A stretch of 58,853 nt of DNA from Candidatus Magasanikbacteria bacterium CG_4_10_14_0_2_um_filter_33_14 (GCA_002793035.1 PFPL01000033.1:1-58853); one strand, 5' to 3'; shown: positions 42,485 through 53,000, counted from the stretch's first letter. Notes: generated from the letters alone by a model not told the origin. Numbers and translations: made by a program.

Positions 42485-42862
42485 ATGTCAAAAAAAATTC
42501 TTATAGTGGAGGACGAAAAACTAGAGTTGATGGCACTAGTTGCAAGATTTAAGATGGAAAAATTTGAAGTTTTGGAGGCAACCAATGGTGAAGAGGGTTT
42601 GAAAGTAGCTTTGAATAAAAAGCCTGATTTTATTTTATCAGATATCAAGATGCCTATTATGTCTGGTATTGAAATGATTACTAAGATCAGACAAAGTGGC
42701 TCTTGGGGTAAAGAAGTACCTATGATTATGTTGACATCTGTCGTGGAGGCTGAAAGTATCGCCCAGATTGTAGAACAAGGGGTTCATGACTATATTATCA
42801 AAGGAGCTATGGACATGGATGATGTTGTTACAAAAGTAAAAGAAAAACTTAAAAAAAGTTAG
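42485..42862 (+). CDS. stand-alone response regulator receiver (CheY-like)
   Basis: KILIVEDEK, phospho-acceptor context FILSDIKMPIMSG, MLTS and K at IIKG. There is no output domain. Confidence 0.9.
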   Translation: MSKKILIVEDEKLELMALVARFKMEKFEVLEATNGEEGLKVALNKKPDFILSDIKMPIMSGIEMITKIRQSGSWGKEVPMIMLTSVVEAESIAQIVEQGVHDYIIKGAMDMDDVVTKVKEKLKKS

Positions 42863-42880
42863 TGTTTTTTTTATAAATTG

Positions 42881-42905
42881 AGGCCTAATAGTTTAGGTCT
42901 TTTTT
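42881..42905 (+). terminator. intrinsic terminator after the two-component pair
   Basis: 8-bp stem AGGCCTAA / TTAGGTCT with loop TAGT, then TTTTT. Confidence 0.8.
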
Positions 42906-43002
42906 ACTTGATTTTTTTGTTTATTTTTGCTATGCTATCAGCAGCTTTTAGGCGTCGTTTTTAAGATGTTTTTATTACGACGTTTTTTATAATATTGTAT
43001 CT

Positions 43003-44529
43003 ATGTTTAAAAAAATATTTTTATTTTTAGCTGTAGTTTTTTATTCTTTTTTTCCATTTATTACCTCTGCCCAAAATGTAGAGGATCTTGTGGTTGAAGG
43101 AAATTATTCAGCTGTTATTTTTTCTGAAGATTATGTACAAGTTGGTAAAAAAATAATCTTTGATTCTAGTAAATCAAGTTTGCCAACTACTGTAAAAAAT
43201 GCTGTTTATTATTGGAGATTTGGTGATGGTTCCTATGAATATGCTGATGAAGTAGTACATGACTATAAAAAGGTTGGGACGTACAAAGTTAATTTGGACA
43301 TTTCTTATATAAATGAACAAGGACAGAAAAAAACTCTTTCTAGTGAAAAGTCTGTTTTTGTTTATGATACAAGAGCTCTCATGATTGTAGATGAAAAAAG
43401 TCAGTCTGATATTGCTATGATGAAAGATCAAGCTAGAAATGAAGGAGTTGCTTTGGAAGTTTTATCACCTGTAGAAGATATGGGATTTTTTTCAGAAGAT
43501 GTTTTGATAAAGCTTATTAGTGAACATAATCAGTATGTAAAAAATTCTGATTTGATTTTATTTTATACTAAGTCACTTCGTGGTTTACAAGCTTTTACTC
43601 AATATTTTCAATCTTTAAATGATGTTGATAAAGAATTGATAAAGAATAAAATGTTTATTACCTTTACAGAAGGGAATATTGATGTAGTTACTCATGGTGT
43701 TTATCAAAATTATCAAATAATAAAACCTGAGTATATTTTACTCACCAGACCAGAAGCCTTGAGTGTTGTCTTGAATGCCAAAGATATTAGTGAAATAGAA
43801 ACTTCACTTTTTGGTAGAGGTATCGAGCTTAAAAAAGTTGATAATACAAGTGGCAAAAGTAAATTTTATATATTGTCTACTTTAGTTAATTATTTTATAG
43901 AAAAGGGTGTGCCTGCTGATAGTGTTTATCTTATTTTGATTATTCCTTTCTTGGCTTTTGTTATTATCTTTTTTAGAAATGTCGTGGGTATCAATACTTT
44001 TGGAGTATTTACACCTATTATTGTTACTATAGCTTTTTATACTTTAGGTCTTTATTTGGGATTACTGACTTTCTTTTTTGCTGTTATTGTAAGCCAAATT
44101 ATGAAGTATGCTTTTGAAAAAATAGAACTTTTGTATTTGTCCAAGGTAGCTTTGAATTTGTCTTTCATTTCTATTTCCTTTTTGTTTTTGATTGCTATAA
44201 TTTTGAAATTTAATTTAGCATTTTCTTTGACTGGAGCTATATTTCCAATGTTAGTGATGACTACACTTTCAGAAAAATTTATGGAAGCAAAATCTGAAAT
44301 AGGACTTAAGACTGCTTTATTTGGAGTCTTTGAGACTTTGTTTGTGGTTTTGTTATCTTATTATTTTATACTTTGGTCAAGTTTCAACAATTTGCTAATA
44401 TCTTGGCCAGAAATTATTATAACACCTATTCTTGCTATCTTAATACTTGGTAAATTTACAGGTTTACGTATTAGTGAGTATATTAGATTTAGAAGTTTAT
44501 TTGTAAATCATACAGGAGAAGAAGAATAA
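43003..44529 (+). CDS. signal peptide, PKD-like ectodomain and 7TM (7TM_transglut/UUP1-like) membrane protein
   Basis: YYWRFGDGSYEYADEVVHDYKKVGTYKVNLDIS is a PKD signature. The C-terminal half has seven hydrophobic helices beginning GINTFGVFTPIIVTIAFYTLGL, as in the 7TM modules that pair with RimK-related ATP-grasp genes. Confidence 0.65.
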   Translation: MFKKIFLFLAVVFYSFFPFITSAQNVEDLVVEGNYSAVIFSEDYVQVGKKIIFDSSKSSLPTTVKNAVYYWRFGDGSYEYADEVVHDYKKVGTYKVNLDISYINEQGQKKTLSSEKSVFVYDTRALMIVDEKSQSDIAMMKDQARNEGVALEVLSPVEDMGFFSEDVLIKLISEHNQYVKNSDLILFYTKSLRGLQAFTQYFQSLNDVDKELIKNKMFITFTEGNIDVVTHGVYQNYQIIKPEYILLTRPEALSVVLNAKDISEIETSLFGRGIELKKVDNTSGKSKFYILSTLVNYFIEKGVPADSVYLILIIPFLAFVIIFFRNVVGINTFGVFTPIIVTIAFYTLGLYLGLLTFFFAVIVSQIMKYAFEKIELLYLSKVALNLSFISISFLFLIAIILKFNLAFSLTGAIFPMLVMTTLSEKFMEAKSEIGLKTALFGVFETLFVVLLSYYFILWSSFNNLLISWPEIIITPILAILILGKFTGLRISEYIRFRSLFVNHTGEEE

Positions 44530-44533
44530 ATTT

Positions 44534-46882
44534 ATGAAATTTTTTGAAAGAGCAAATGCTATTTTGGGGATGAATGCTCGTAATTTATTGTATATCGGGC
44601 GTTATAATACCAAACAAAGTAAAAAATTTGCTGATGACAAAATTTATACAAAAAGTTTTTTGATGACTCGTGGAGTAGGCGTGGCAAAAATTTATAATAC
44701 TATAAAAAGACATAAAGAACTTTCAGATATCAATCCCAAAAGTTTACCTGCTAGTTTTGTTATAAAACCTAATCATGGTTTTGGTGGTGAAGGTATTATT
44801 GTGATTAGTGAACACAAAGGATTGAAATTCAAAGATGTCATTGGCAATCAGTATAATTGGCGTGATTTGTATTTGCACATGGTTTCTATTTTAGATGGTA
44901 AGTATTCAATATCAGGTTTATCTGATCAAATAATTATAGAGGAGATGCTAAGACCACATAAAGATTTGTTACCTTTTTCTGAAGTTGGTTTGCCGGATAT
45001 TAGAGTTATTGTTTTCAATTATGTTCCTATAATGGCTATGTTGCGTCTACCTACCTTTGAGTCTCATGGTAAGGCAAATTTGCATTTAGGTGGTGTTGGA
45101 GTAGGAATAGACATTGCTACTGGTAAAGCTAATTTTGCTGTACATCATAATAAATTTATAAAAAAATTACCAAATGGAGAAAAAATAAGAAATATTCAGC
45201 TACCTTTGTGGGATGATATTTTGATTATGGCTTCAAAAGCTCAAAAAGCTAGTCAGGTAAAATTTTTGGCAGTAGATTTGGTACTTAGTAAAACTGGTGT
45301 AAATATTCTTGAACTAAATGCTAGAGCAGGTTTGGGTATTCAAATTGCTAATCAGATACCATTACAGCATAGATTAAGGAAGGTTGAAGATTTGAAAGTT
45401 TCTAGTTCTGAAAAAGGTGTAGAAATAAGTAAAGCACTTTTTAGTGCTGTAACAAAAAAACCAGAAAAGAAAGGTAAAAACAAATTGGAAAAAAAAGTTA
45501 TTGGTATTTTCGAAGAAATAGATATTTTGAATACTCCAAATACTTCTGTTTTGACAAAAATAGATCCACATGGTAATGAAGTATTGTATGATGAAACATT
45601 GCCAGGTATTGACAAACTCAAGCGATATTCTGATATTTTGATCAGAGGTGAAAGAATACGTTTTCATTTCAAAAAGGCTGATTTATCAGCTAGCCCTTAT
45701 AAAGTAGTGATTGGTGGTAAAGCTTTAAATAATTTTTTTATTGATCCAAATCAAAAAGATATTGTAAATTCCAATGAAAAAAATTCAGAAAGTATTAGCG
45801 AAAAAATTATAAAAAATATAGATAAAAAACTTTATTTTACCGATAAGGAATTAAAAATTTTGTCTCATATAAAACCTTTGAATTTCTTGGAAGAAAAAAA
45901 TAAATTTTTGGCTACAAAAGATTTTTCACCTAAGTTTATTTACAAAAAACCAGACATGAATTTCACTGGACTTTTGCGTGATATTAGTGCTTTGCCAAAA
46001 AATGTGAATCACCCTCTTTATCCTTTGTTTATAAAAAAAATAGATGAGATGATCTCAAAGATTCAACTTTTGGATTCTGTGGGGACAGATGAATATAGTG
46101 AATCATCTGAAGAATTGTATGGTAATGTAAGTGATGAATTGTTTGAAAAAGCAAAACAATTTATAATTGATAATCCTGTAAAAGAGGATAATAGTAAGGA
46201 AATGACTGCCAAAATTATTTTCAAACATTTTGAATATTTTTTAGAGATAAATAGATTAAATGATTGGAAAGTGAAATTGTCAGAAACAGCACAATCTATA
46301 TCAGTAGATCCTTATAAGAAAACAATTTATATAAATAAAAAATCTAAGAGAAGTAAAAACAAACTCAAAGCTCTTTTGATACATGAGATTGGGACTCATA
46401 TTTATCGTTATGGTAATGGTACTTTACAAGATTACAGAATTTTTAAGAGAGGTACTGCTGGGTACTTGGATACTGAAGAGGGGTTGGCTATTTATAATCA
46501 AAGAGAATTGGGGCTAAATTTAGGTATGAAAGATTTGTGGCCTGCTTATTTGATAGTGGCTATTTATCATGCTAGGACTATGTCTTTTTTGGATTTGTTT
46601 CATTATTTGCAAAAAGAATACAATCTAAAAGATAGCAAGGCTTGGTCTGCTTGTTATCGTGCTAAGAGAGGTTTGTCTGATACTTCTCAACTAGGAGGTT
46701 CTACTCGTGACGCTATTTATTTTAGAGGTTATTTAAAAGTAGTAGATTTCTTATCAGAAGATAAAGAACAAAGATTAAAAGATTTGTATAGTGGAAAGAT
46801 ATGTATTGAAGATATTAAATATTTAGAATACTTATCAAAACCAAAGATAAAATATTTTGGTTTTGAAAATTTTGATTTTTAG
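44534..46882 (+). CDS. fusion of alpha-L-glutamate-ligase-like ATP-grasp and DUF1704 (QEGLA-motif, HExxH) peptidase-like domain
   Basis: N-terminus AILGMNARNLLYIGRYNTKQSKKFADDKIYTKSFL...VIKPNHGFGGEGIIV...LELNARAGLGIQIAN is RimK-related ATP-grasp. The C-terminus has LLIHEIGTHIYRYGNG (HExxH) and GYLDTEEGLAIYNQ (QEGLA-type motif). Confidence 0.75.
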   Translation: MKFFERANAILGMNARNLLYIGRYNTKQSKKFADDKIYTKSFLMTRGVGVAKIYNTIKRHKELSDINPKSLPASFVIKPNHGFGGEGIIVISEHKGLKFKDVIGNQYNWRDLYLHMVSILDGKYSISGLSDQIIIEEMLRPHKDLLPFSEVGLPDIRVIVFNYVPIMAMLRLPTFESHGKANLHLGGVGVGIDIATGKANFAVHHNKFIKKLPNGEKIRNIQLPLWDDILIMASKAQKASQVKFLAVDLVLSKTGVNILELNARAGLGIQIANQIPLQHRLRKVEDLKVSSSEKGVEISKALFSAVTKKPEKKGKNKLEKKVIGIFEEIDILNTPNTSVLTKIDPHGNEVLYDETLPGIDKLKRYSDILIRGERIRFHFKKADLSASPYKVVIGGKALNNFFIDPNQKDIVNSNEKNSESISEKIIKNIDKKLYFTDKELKILSHIKPLNFLEEKNKFLATKDFSPKFIYKKPDMNFTGLLRDISALPKNVNHPLYPLFIKKIDEMISKIQLLDSVGTDEYSESSEELYGNVSDELFEKAKQFIIDNPVKEDNSKEMTAKIIFKHFEYFLEINRLNDWKVKLSETAQSISVDPYKKTIYINKKSKRSKNKLKALLIHEIGTHIYRYGNGTLQDYRIFKRGTAGYLDTEEGLAIYNQRELGLNLGMKDLWPAYLIVAIYHARTMSFLDLFHYLQKEYNLKDSKAWSACYRAKRGLSDTSQLGGSTRDAIYFRGYLKVVDFLSEDKEQRLKDLYSGKICIEDIKYLEYLSKPKIKYFGFENFDF

Positions 46883-46961
46883 TTTGAAAAATAAAATTAT
46901 TCACTTTGTTCATAATTTGTTTATGTGATATAATTATCTCTAATTAAGAGATAATTTTTTT

Positions 46962-48338
46962 ATGTCTACAAAAAATAATTTTGACAAAGCTTATATAGTC
47001 ACCGTGGATATGGGATATGGTCACCAAAGAGCCGTTTATCCTCTTCATGAAATGGCACAAGTTGTCCCTGGTATTACAATGGATTCTTATGGCATTATCA
47101 ATGCCAATAAATATGGTGGTATTACCAAGTCTGATCAATTCAAATGGGAAGGTGGCCGTAAAATTTATGAAAAAATATCACGTTTGAAACATTTACCTCT
47201 TATTGGCAATTATATTTTTGCTATCATGGATTATTTACAAAGAATCGAACCTTTTTATCCTTATCGTGATTTGTCCAAGCCTACCCTACAAGTCAAACAA
47301 ATTTTTAAAATGATAAAAAAGGGTTGGGGAAAAGATTTGATAGATAAACTAAATAGATTAGAACATCTACCATATATTACGTCTTTTTTTACAACAGCTT
47401 TTTTTGCGGAAGAGCATGATTATAAGGGAGATATTTATTGTATTTGTACAGATACAGATATTAGTAGAGCTTGGGCTCCACTTGAACCAAAGCGTAGTCG
47501 TATCAATTATCTGGTACCAAATAGAAGAGTAAAAGAGCGTTTGATGTCTTATGGTATAAGAGAGCACAAGATTTCTATTACAGGCTTTCCTTTACCAAAA
47601 GAAAATATTGGTGGTAAAGATTTGGATGTTTTGAAAAAAAATTTAGCAAATCGTATTATCAATCTTGATCCTGAAGGAAGATATAGGTCGAAATATAAAT
47701 ATACGATTGATAAATTTTTGGGAACAAAAGTTTGTAGTAAAAATGCTAAGTCTGATCATCCTCTTACTATTACTTTTGCTGTGGGTGGAGCTGGTGCTCA
47801 ACGTGAACTGGGAGCTGAAATTGCTAGTTCTTTGAGAGATAAAATTATCAAAGGAGAAATAAGATTGAATCTTGTGGCTGGTGTAAAAAATGATGTTTTT
47901 CGTTATTACCAAGCTATCTTGCAAGATTTGAATTTGAGTAGTCATATAAACAAAAATATTTTTCTTATCTATTCAGGAGAATCCAAGTTTGATTATTTCA
48001 AACAATTCAACGAAATATTGCAGACGACAGATATTTTGTGGACCAAACCAAGTGAACTTTCTTTTTATGCTGGTCTAGGTATGCCAGTTATTATCGCTCC
48101 AACGATTGGTTCACAGGAAGAATTCAATAAAAAATGGCTGATTTCAGTAGGTGCCGGTGTTCTCCAAGAAGATCAAAGATATACCAATGAATGGCTTGAA
48201 GATTGGCTTGCTTCTGGTTGGTTGGCCCAGGCTGCTATGAATGGTTTTCTAAATGCACCTCGTCATGGGGCTCATCATATAGAAGAAATTGTTTTGAAAG
48301 GTGAAAAGAGTGAAATAGAGGATATGCATTTGTTTTAG
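46962..48338 (+). CDS. GT-B glycosyltransferase, MGDG-synthase/UgtP (GT28)-like
   Basis: N-terminal DMGYGHQRA and C-terminal ILWTKPSELSFYAGLGMPVIIAPTIGSQEEFNKKWL resemble the GxGH and PGQE motifs of diacylglycerol glycosyltransferases. Assignment is tentative. Confidence 0.5.
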   Translation: MSTKNNFDKAYIVTVDMGYGHQRAVYPLHEMAQVVPGITMDSYGIINANKYGGITKSDQFKWEGGRKIYEKISRLKHLPLIGNYIFAIMDYLQRIEPFYPYRDLSKPTLQVKQIFKMIKKGWGKDLIDKLNRLEHLPYITSFFTTAFFAEEHDYKGDIYCICTDTDISRAWAPLEPKRSRINYLVPNRRVKERLMSYGIREHKISITGFPLPKENIGGKDLDVLKKNLANRIINLDPEGRYRSKYKYTIDKFLGTKVCSKNAKSDHPLTITFAVGGAGAQRELGAEIASSLRDKIIKGEIRLNLVAGVKNDVFRYYQAILQDLNLSSHINKNIFLIYSGESKFDYFKQFNEILQTTDILWTKPSELSFYAGLGMPVIIAPTIGSQEEFNKKWLISVGAGVLQEDQRYTNEWLEDWLASGWLAQAAMNGFLNAPRHGAHHIEEIVLKGEKSEIEDMHLF

Positions 48339-48498
48339 TTTTGATTATGTAATTGTATAAAATATATTTTTTGTTAAGGTAAAAGTTTTTAAATTAAAAA
48401 TGAAAATTTCAAAATTAAAATAACAAATTACAAATTTGATATTTGTAGTTTATGATTTATTTGAAATTTGGATTTTCTAATTGGATATTTTATAAAGT

Positions 48499-49404
48499 AT
48501 GTTTTGGTTTCTTGTTGCAATTTTAGGGTATGTGAGTTTCGCGATTGTTTTTTTGTTGGACAAAGTGATTGTTAGTGACAAGTTGGGGGAGCCTGTTGTT
48601 TATACTTTTTATTCTACTATTTACATGTTTGGAGCTTTGCTTGCTTTGCCATTTTTAGGTTGGCAACTTTTGTCTGGAGTAGACTGGCTTTGGGCTTTGC
48701 TTTCGGGAATTACTTTTGGTTTTGGTCTTTGGTCTTTGTTCAAAGCTTTGCAAAGAGATGAAACTAGTCATATTTCACCTTTCAACGGAGCTTTTGTAAC
48801 TATTTTTGTATATTTTTTCTCTAACTTTTTTTTGGGAGAAAGTCTGACCCCTTATAGTCAAGCTGGAGTTATTATTTTGGTTTTTTCTGCTTTGTTACTA
48901 TCTTTTCAAAAAACAAAAAAAAGGCAAACTTTTAGTATGGGATTCTTTTGGGCAATTTTGTCAGGACTTTTGTTTGCAATATCTCATGTGTTAGCCAAAT
49001 ATCTATATGGTATTTATCCTTTTTGGTCGACTCTAGTTTGGACCAAAGCTTTTGTTGGTGTGGTAGGTCTGTTTACTTTGTTTTCCCCTTTGGTTCACAA
49101 AAAATTTGCCAAGAAAATTGTGAAAAAACAAACCAAAAAATCTAATACAGCTTTTTTGATAATTGTCGACAAAATTTTGGCAGTAGTGGGGGTAGTCTGT
49201 ATTCAGTATGCTATTGCTCTAGGTAGTGTGACGGTCGTAAATGCTTTGATTGGTGTACAATATGTTTTGATGTTTGTTTTAATAGTATTTTTTAGTAAGT
49301 TTTTTCCAAAGATTTTCAGCGAATATTTTACCAAAGAAGAATTGACCGTAGAGTTTATCGCTATTTGTTTGGTAGTGTTGGGAACGGCCTTTTTTGTATT
49401 TTAA
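48499..49404 (+). CDS. EamA/DMT-family transporter
   Basis: About 10 TM helices with a two-fold internal repeat. Confidence 0.7.
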   Translation: MFWFLVAILGYVSFAIVFLLDKVIVSDKLGEPVVYTFYSTIYMFGALLALPFLGWQLLSGVDWLWALLSGITFGFGLWSLFKALQRDETSHISPFNGAFVTIFVYFFSNFFLGESLTPYSQAGVIILVFSALLLSFQKTKKRQTFSMGFFWAILSGLLFAISHVLAKYLYGIYPFWSTLVWTKAFVGVVGLFTLFSPLVHKKFAKKIVKKQTKKSNTAFLIIVDKILAVVGVVCIQYAIALGSVTVVNALIGVQYVLMFVLIVFFSKFFPKIFSEYFTKEELTVEFIAICLVVLGTAFFVF

Positions 49405-49408
49405 CTTT

Positions 49409-50404
49409 ATGAAATTTCTCAAATTTATTTTTATGTTTATTATTTTGACAATTATTGTTGCTTATGCTTTTTTGTGGTTGTCTAGTATTAAGAAATACCC
49501 TGTAGAATATGGTATTTCATTTAGTGAAGGACATGCAACATATTTAGGTTTGGATTGGAAAGAAACTTATCAGAAAATGTTGACAGAATTAAAACCAAAA
49601 TATATTAGAATTTCTGCCGCTTGGAATTATGTCGAAAAAGAAAAAGGTAATTTTGATTTTAGTCATGTAGATTATATGATGGAAGAAGCTCGTAAAGCTG
49701 GTACGAAAGTAACTTTGGTCATAGGTCAAAAGGCCCCACGTTGGCCAGAATGTTATGTACCCGATTGGGCAAGTACTATGGAGGATAAAGATTATGCAAA
49801 TAGTCTAAAAAATTATATTGAAACTACAGTAAAAAGATATAAAGACAATTCTGCTTTGGAATATTGGCAAGTAGAAAATGAACCTTTCATTCCTTTTCAA
49901 TTTGGTGAGTGTGCAAATTTTCATCAAGATTTAGTAGAGGATGAGGTAAAGTTGGTCAATTATTTGGATGCACCACATTGGGTAATCGTGACAGATAGTG
50001 GTGAATTGAGTTGGTGGAAGAAAGCTTCCAAAACAGGAGATTTGTTTGGTACCACAATTTATAGAGTAGTACGTACTCCAAAAGGTTTTATTTGGAAATA
50101 TGATTGGTTGCCAGCATCCTTTTATCGTTATAAAGCACAATTGTTTGGTATTCACTTGGAAAGTATGTATGTCTCTGAATTGCAAGCTGAACCTTGGTTT
50201 ACAGATGCAGGACCAAATGAAACATCTCTGGAAGAACAAATGAAGACTATGGATCTAAAGAGATTAGAAAAGCATGTAAACTTTGTAGAGCGTATTGGTG
50301 TTAGTCGAGCGTATCTGTGGGGAGTAGAGTGGTGGTATTGGATGTCGGAGAAGCATGGGGATGATAGTTATATAAATTTTGTAAAGGATTTAATGAAAAA
50401 ATAA
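49409..50404 (+). CDS. membrane-anchored clan GH-A glycoside hydrolase (GH5/GH42-like)
   Basis: N-terminal TM, then a (beta/alpha)8-like sequence with the acid/base motif WQVENEP and a later SELQAEPW (candidate nucleophile Glu). Confidence 0.65.
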   Translation: MKFLKFIFMFIILTIIVAYAFLWLSSIKKYPVEYGISFSEGHATYLGLDWKETYQKMLTELKPKYIRISAAWNYVEKEKGNFDFSHVDYMMEEARKAGTKVTLVIGQKAPRWPECYVPDWASTMEDKDYANSLKNYIETTVKRYKDNSALEYWQVENEPFIPFQFGECANFHQDLVEDEVKLVNYLDAPHWVIVTDSGELSWWKKASKTGDLFGTTIYRVVRTPKGFIWKYDWLPASFYRYKAQLFGIHLESMYVSELQAEPWFTDAGPNETSLEEQMKTMDLKRLEKHVNFVERIGVSRAYLWGVEWWYWMSEKHGDDSYINFVKDLMKK

Positions 50405-50422
50405 TTGTTAAAAAATAAAACT

Positions 50423-51616
50423 ATGTTTGGTTTTTTTAGAAAAGATAAAGAAGAACAAAAGATGCTTCAGCATAATGGCGTTTTCAAAAAAGAAATTACT
50501 CTTTTTCAAGCTATTGCTCTGATTGTGACCTCGACACTTGGTGCTGGTATTTTTAGTTTGCCTTATGCTGTTTCCAAATCTGGTTTGTTTGTTGGTATTA
50601 TTTATTTAGTTTTATTTGGGGTACTCGTAATGGGTTTGAATCTTATGCTTGGACAAGTCGCCGACGAGACAGGGGAAAATATGCAGTTGGTAGGTCTTGC
50701 CAAAAAATATTTGGGTAGACCAGGAGAATATTTGATGACAGTATTATTTTATCTCATGTCTTTTGGTGTACTCGTGATTTATTTGATTGGAGAAGGGGAG
50801 GCACTGTCAGCTCTTTTTGGTGGAACCAAATTTATGTGGTCCATGATTTTTGTTGCTCTTGTTTCTTTGTTATTATTTGTTGGTTTGAGATTGGTGAAAA
50901 TTATTGATTTCGTTTTGAGTATTTCTATTTTATTTATTATTTTAATAATAATTTGGATCAGTGCTCCACATGTAGATTATCAAAATTATGTTTATACTGA
51001 TTTGAAAAATGTCTTTTTCCCTTTTGGTGTCATACTCTTTGCTTATTCTAGTATTACCGCAATTCCCGAAGCTCATAGCTTACTAAAAAACAAAAGCAAA
51101 GATTTGAAAAAATCCATTGTTATTTCTAGTGCTATAGTTATCACGGCTTACATTTTGTTTATAGTTGGTGTGCTTGGTGTGACAGGTGCCAATACTTCTG
51201 AGCTGGCTACCATCGCTTTGGGCCAGAAAGTCGGACCAATGATATATCTATTTGGTAATCTGTTTGCTATTTTGGCTATGGGTACAGGATTTTTGATGAC
51301 AGGACTTGCTCTCAAAGATTCTCTAATGTGGGATTACAAACTTTCTAAAGTAAAATCTTTTTTAATCACGATTGTCGTTCCACTTGTCTTGTTTGCGCTG
51401 GGTATTCGACAATTTATCGCGGTGATTGATGTAGTTGGTGGTGTGGTGGTTAGTAGTCAGATGTTGCTCGCTTTACTTATCTACTGGCGAGCCAAGACTA
51501 TGGGGCATTTGAAAAATGGTAAGTATCAGCTTCATCATATACTTTTGACGATGATTCCTTTGTTTCTGATTTTGCTCATTGGTACGATTTATAGTGTGGT
51601 GAAGTTGTTTTTTTGA
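50423..51616 (+). CDS. amino acid permease (aromatic amino acid/TnaB-Mtr-like family)
   Basis: 11-12 TM helices. The N-terminal FQAIALIVTSTLGAGIFSLPYAV motif is typical of APC-related amino-acid transporters. Confidence 0.75.
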   Translation: MFGFFRKDKEEQKMLQHNGVFKKEITLFQAIALIVTSTLGAGIFSLPYAVSKSGLFVGIIYLVLFGVLVMGLNLMLGQVADETGENMQLVGLAKKYLGRPGEYLMTVLFYLMSFGVLVIYLIGEGEALSALFGGTKFMWSMIFVALVSLLLFVGLRLVKIIDFVLSISILFIILIIIWISAPHVDYQNYVYTDLKNVFFPFGVILFAYSSITAIPEAHSLLKNKSKDLKKSIVISSAIVITAYILFIVGVLGVTGANTSELATIALGQKVGPMIYLFGNLFAILAMGTGFLMTGLALKDSLMWDYKLSKVKSFLITIVVPLVLFALGIRQFIAVIDVVGGVVVSSQMLLALLIYWRAKTMGHLKNGKYQLHHILLTMIPLFLILLIGTIYSVVKLFF

Positions 51617-51676
51617 TATTGATTCTTGTCCGCCTTGGGTGGAACACAGATTTAAAAAAGATTACACTGAAATTAA

Positions 51677-51700
51677 AACAACCTTGGAGAGGTTGTTTTT
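51677..51700 (+). terminator. intrinsic terminator after the permease
   Basis: Stem AACAACC / GGTTGTT with a 7-nt loop, then TTT. Confidence 0.75.
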
Positions 51701-51929
51701 AACTTTTTTGCAAAATTATTTTCCAGCATTTGCCTGCAACAATTTTGCAAGCTTTATTAATTTTGCTAGATGTTCATTTTGGACATTATCAATTATTAAA
51801 TGGTGAGGGGAAAAATACAATCCATTTCAATATCAATAGTTCCTTTTGCTGGTAATACAAAGATTTAACCTGATTTTGAATCTTTTGGCAGAATTAACAT
51901 AGTACCTTCTTCTTCTTCGCATCTTTTTA

Positions 51930-53000
51930 TTATTTCTTAGGTTTATTATGTTTAATTTTTTTCTTTACGTTTTTTTCGAGTTGTACAAAACGATCAAAAT
52001 CACTTGCAAATAATCGATCTTGTACGATGCGATACTTTTCAAATTCAGATTCGGCAAATTCTTTTGCAAGTTCGCGGGTGACTTTTCCTGCATCGGAAAG
52101 TACCTCTCGATCGGTCATCTGGATAAATCGATCAAGTCTTTCTGCCCAATCTGTCATGGTCATGGGGATGTGACGTGTTGCCATATCTTCTGCAAGATCC
52201 AAGTATGCAGAAACCATGCGTTCAAGAGAAAAAAGTTCTGTCTCTGTGAGATAATTTTTTGCCACGGAAACATCAAATTTTTGAATCTTCCCATCTGGAG
52301 CATCTGTCCAACTCGTAAGTCCCATATTGTCCTTTTCAGCGTTTGCTCGTGATACTATGACTTCAGCAGCTGTTTGTCCATGAATAGCCCAATGTAGTTT
52401 ATTTTGCACTATGGCAAAGAATTGTTTTGTCGTTTCGGCTTTCTGATCATAATCAATCGCCGTAGTATAAATGTCGGTTATTTTTTGATAAAATTTTCTC
52501 TCTGACAACCTAATTTCTCTTATACGGGAGAGTAATTCTTCAAAAAATTGTTCGGTAAGTATTGTCCCTCCATGTTTCAAGCGTTCATCATCCATGACAA
52601 ATCCCTTGATAGTAAATTCTTTGATAATTTCTCCTGCCCATTTGCGAAACTGAACAGCCCGTTCATTATTTACCTTAAAACCTATAGCTGTAATCGCATG
52701 CAGGTTATAGTGTTGGACGTTGTAATTTTTGCCATCTGAAGCAGTTATCCGGAATTTCCGGATAACTGAATCTTTATCTAATTCATTATCTTGAAATATA
52801 TTCAGGAGATGTTCATTTATTGTTCTGACATCTACTCCGTAGAGTGTAGCTATCAATTTTTGTGTGAGCCACAAGTTTTCATCTTCATATCGCAGTTCGA
52901 CCGCAGTTTCTTGTCCGCCAATAGCCGATACATAGGAAAGATACTCTGCTGCTGATGAACGAATGGTAATATTTTTTGTTTTTTTATTGGGTTTTGTCAT
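51930..53000 (-). CDS. RhuM-family (virulence-protein-like) protein
   Basis: IRSSAAEYLSYVSAIGGQETAVELRYEDENLWLTQKLIATLYGVDVRTINEHL...NLHAITAIGFKVNNERAVQFRKWA is the conserved RhuM N-terminal region. G+C is visibly higher than in neighbours. Confidence 0.8.
   Translation of the reverse strand: MTKPNKKTKNITIRSSAAEYLSYVSAIGGQETAVELRYEDENLWLTQKLIATLYGVDVRTINEHLLNIFQDNELDKDSVIRKFRITASDGKNYNVQHYNLHAITAIGFKVNNERAVQFRKWAGEIIKEFTIKGFVMDDERLKHGGTILTEQFFEELLSRIREIRLSERKFYQKITDIYTTAIDYDQKAETTKQFFAIVQNKLHWAIHGQTAAEVIVSRANAEKDNMGLTSWTDAPDGKIQKFDVSVAKNYLTETELFSLERMVSAYLDLAEDMATRHIPMTMTDWAERLDRFIQMTDREVLSDAGKVTRELAKEFAESEFEKYRIVQDRLFASDFDRFVQLEKNVKKKIKHNKPKK

Noticed and set aside
51701-51929. Possible pseudogene debris at the left edge of the NACHT island
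   Set aside because: Only very short broken frames are visible, with no recognisable motif. I cannot support a pseudogene call from sequence alone, so it is mentioned only as context.
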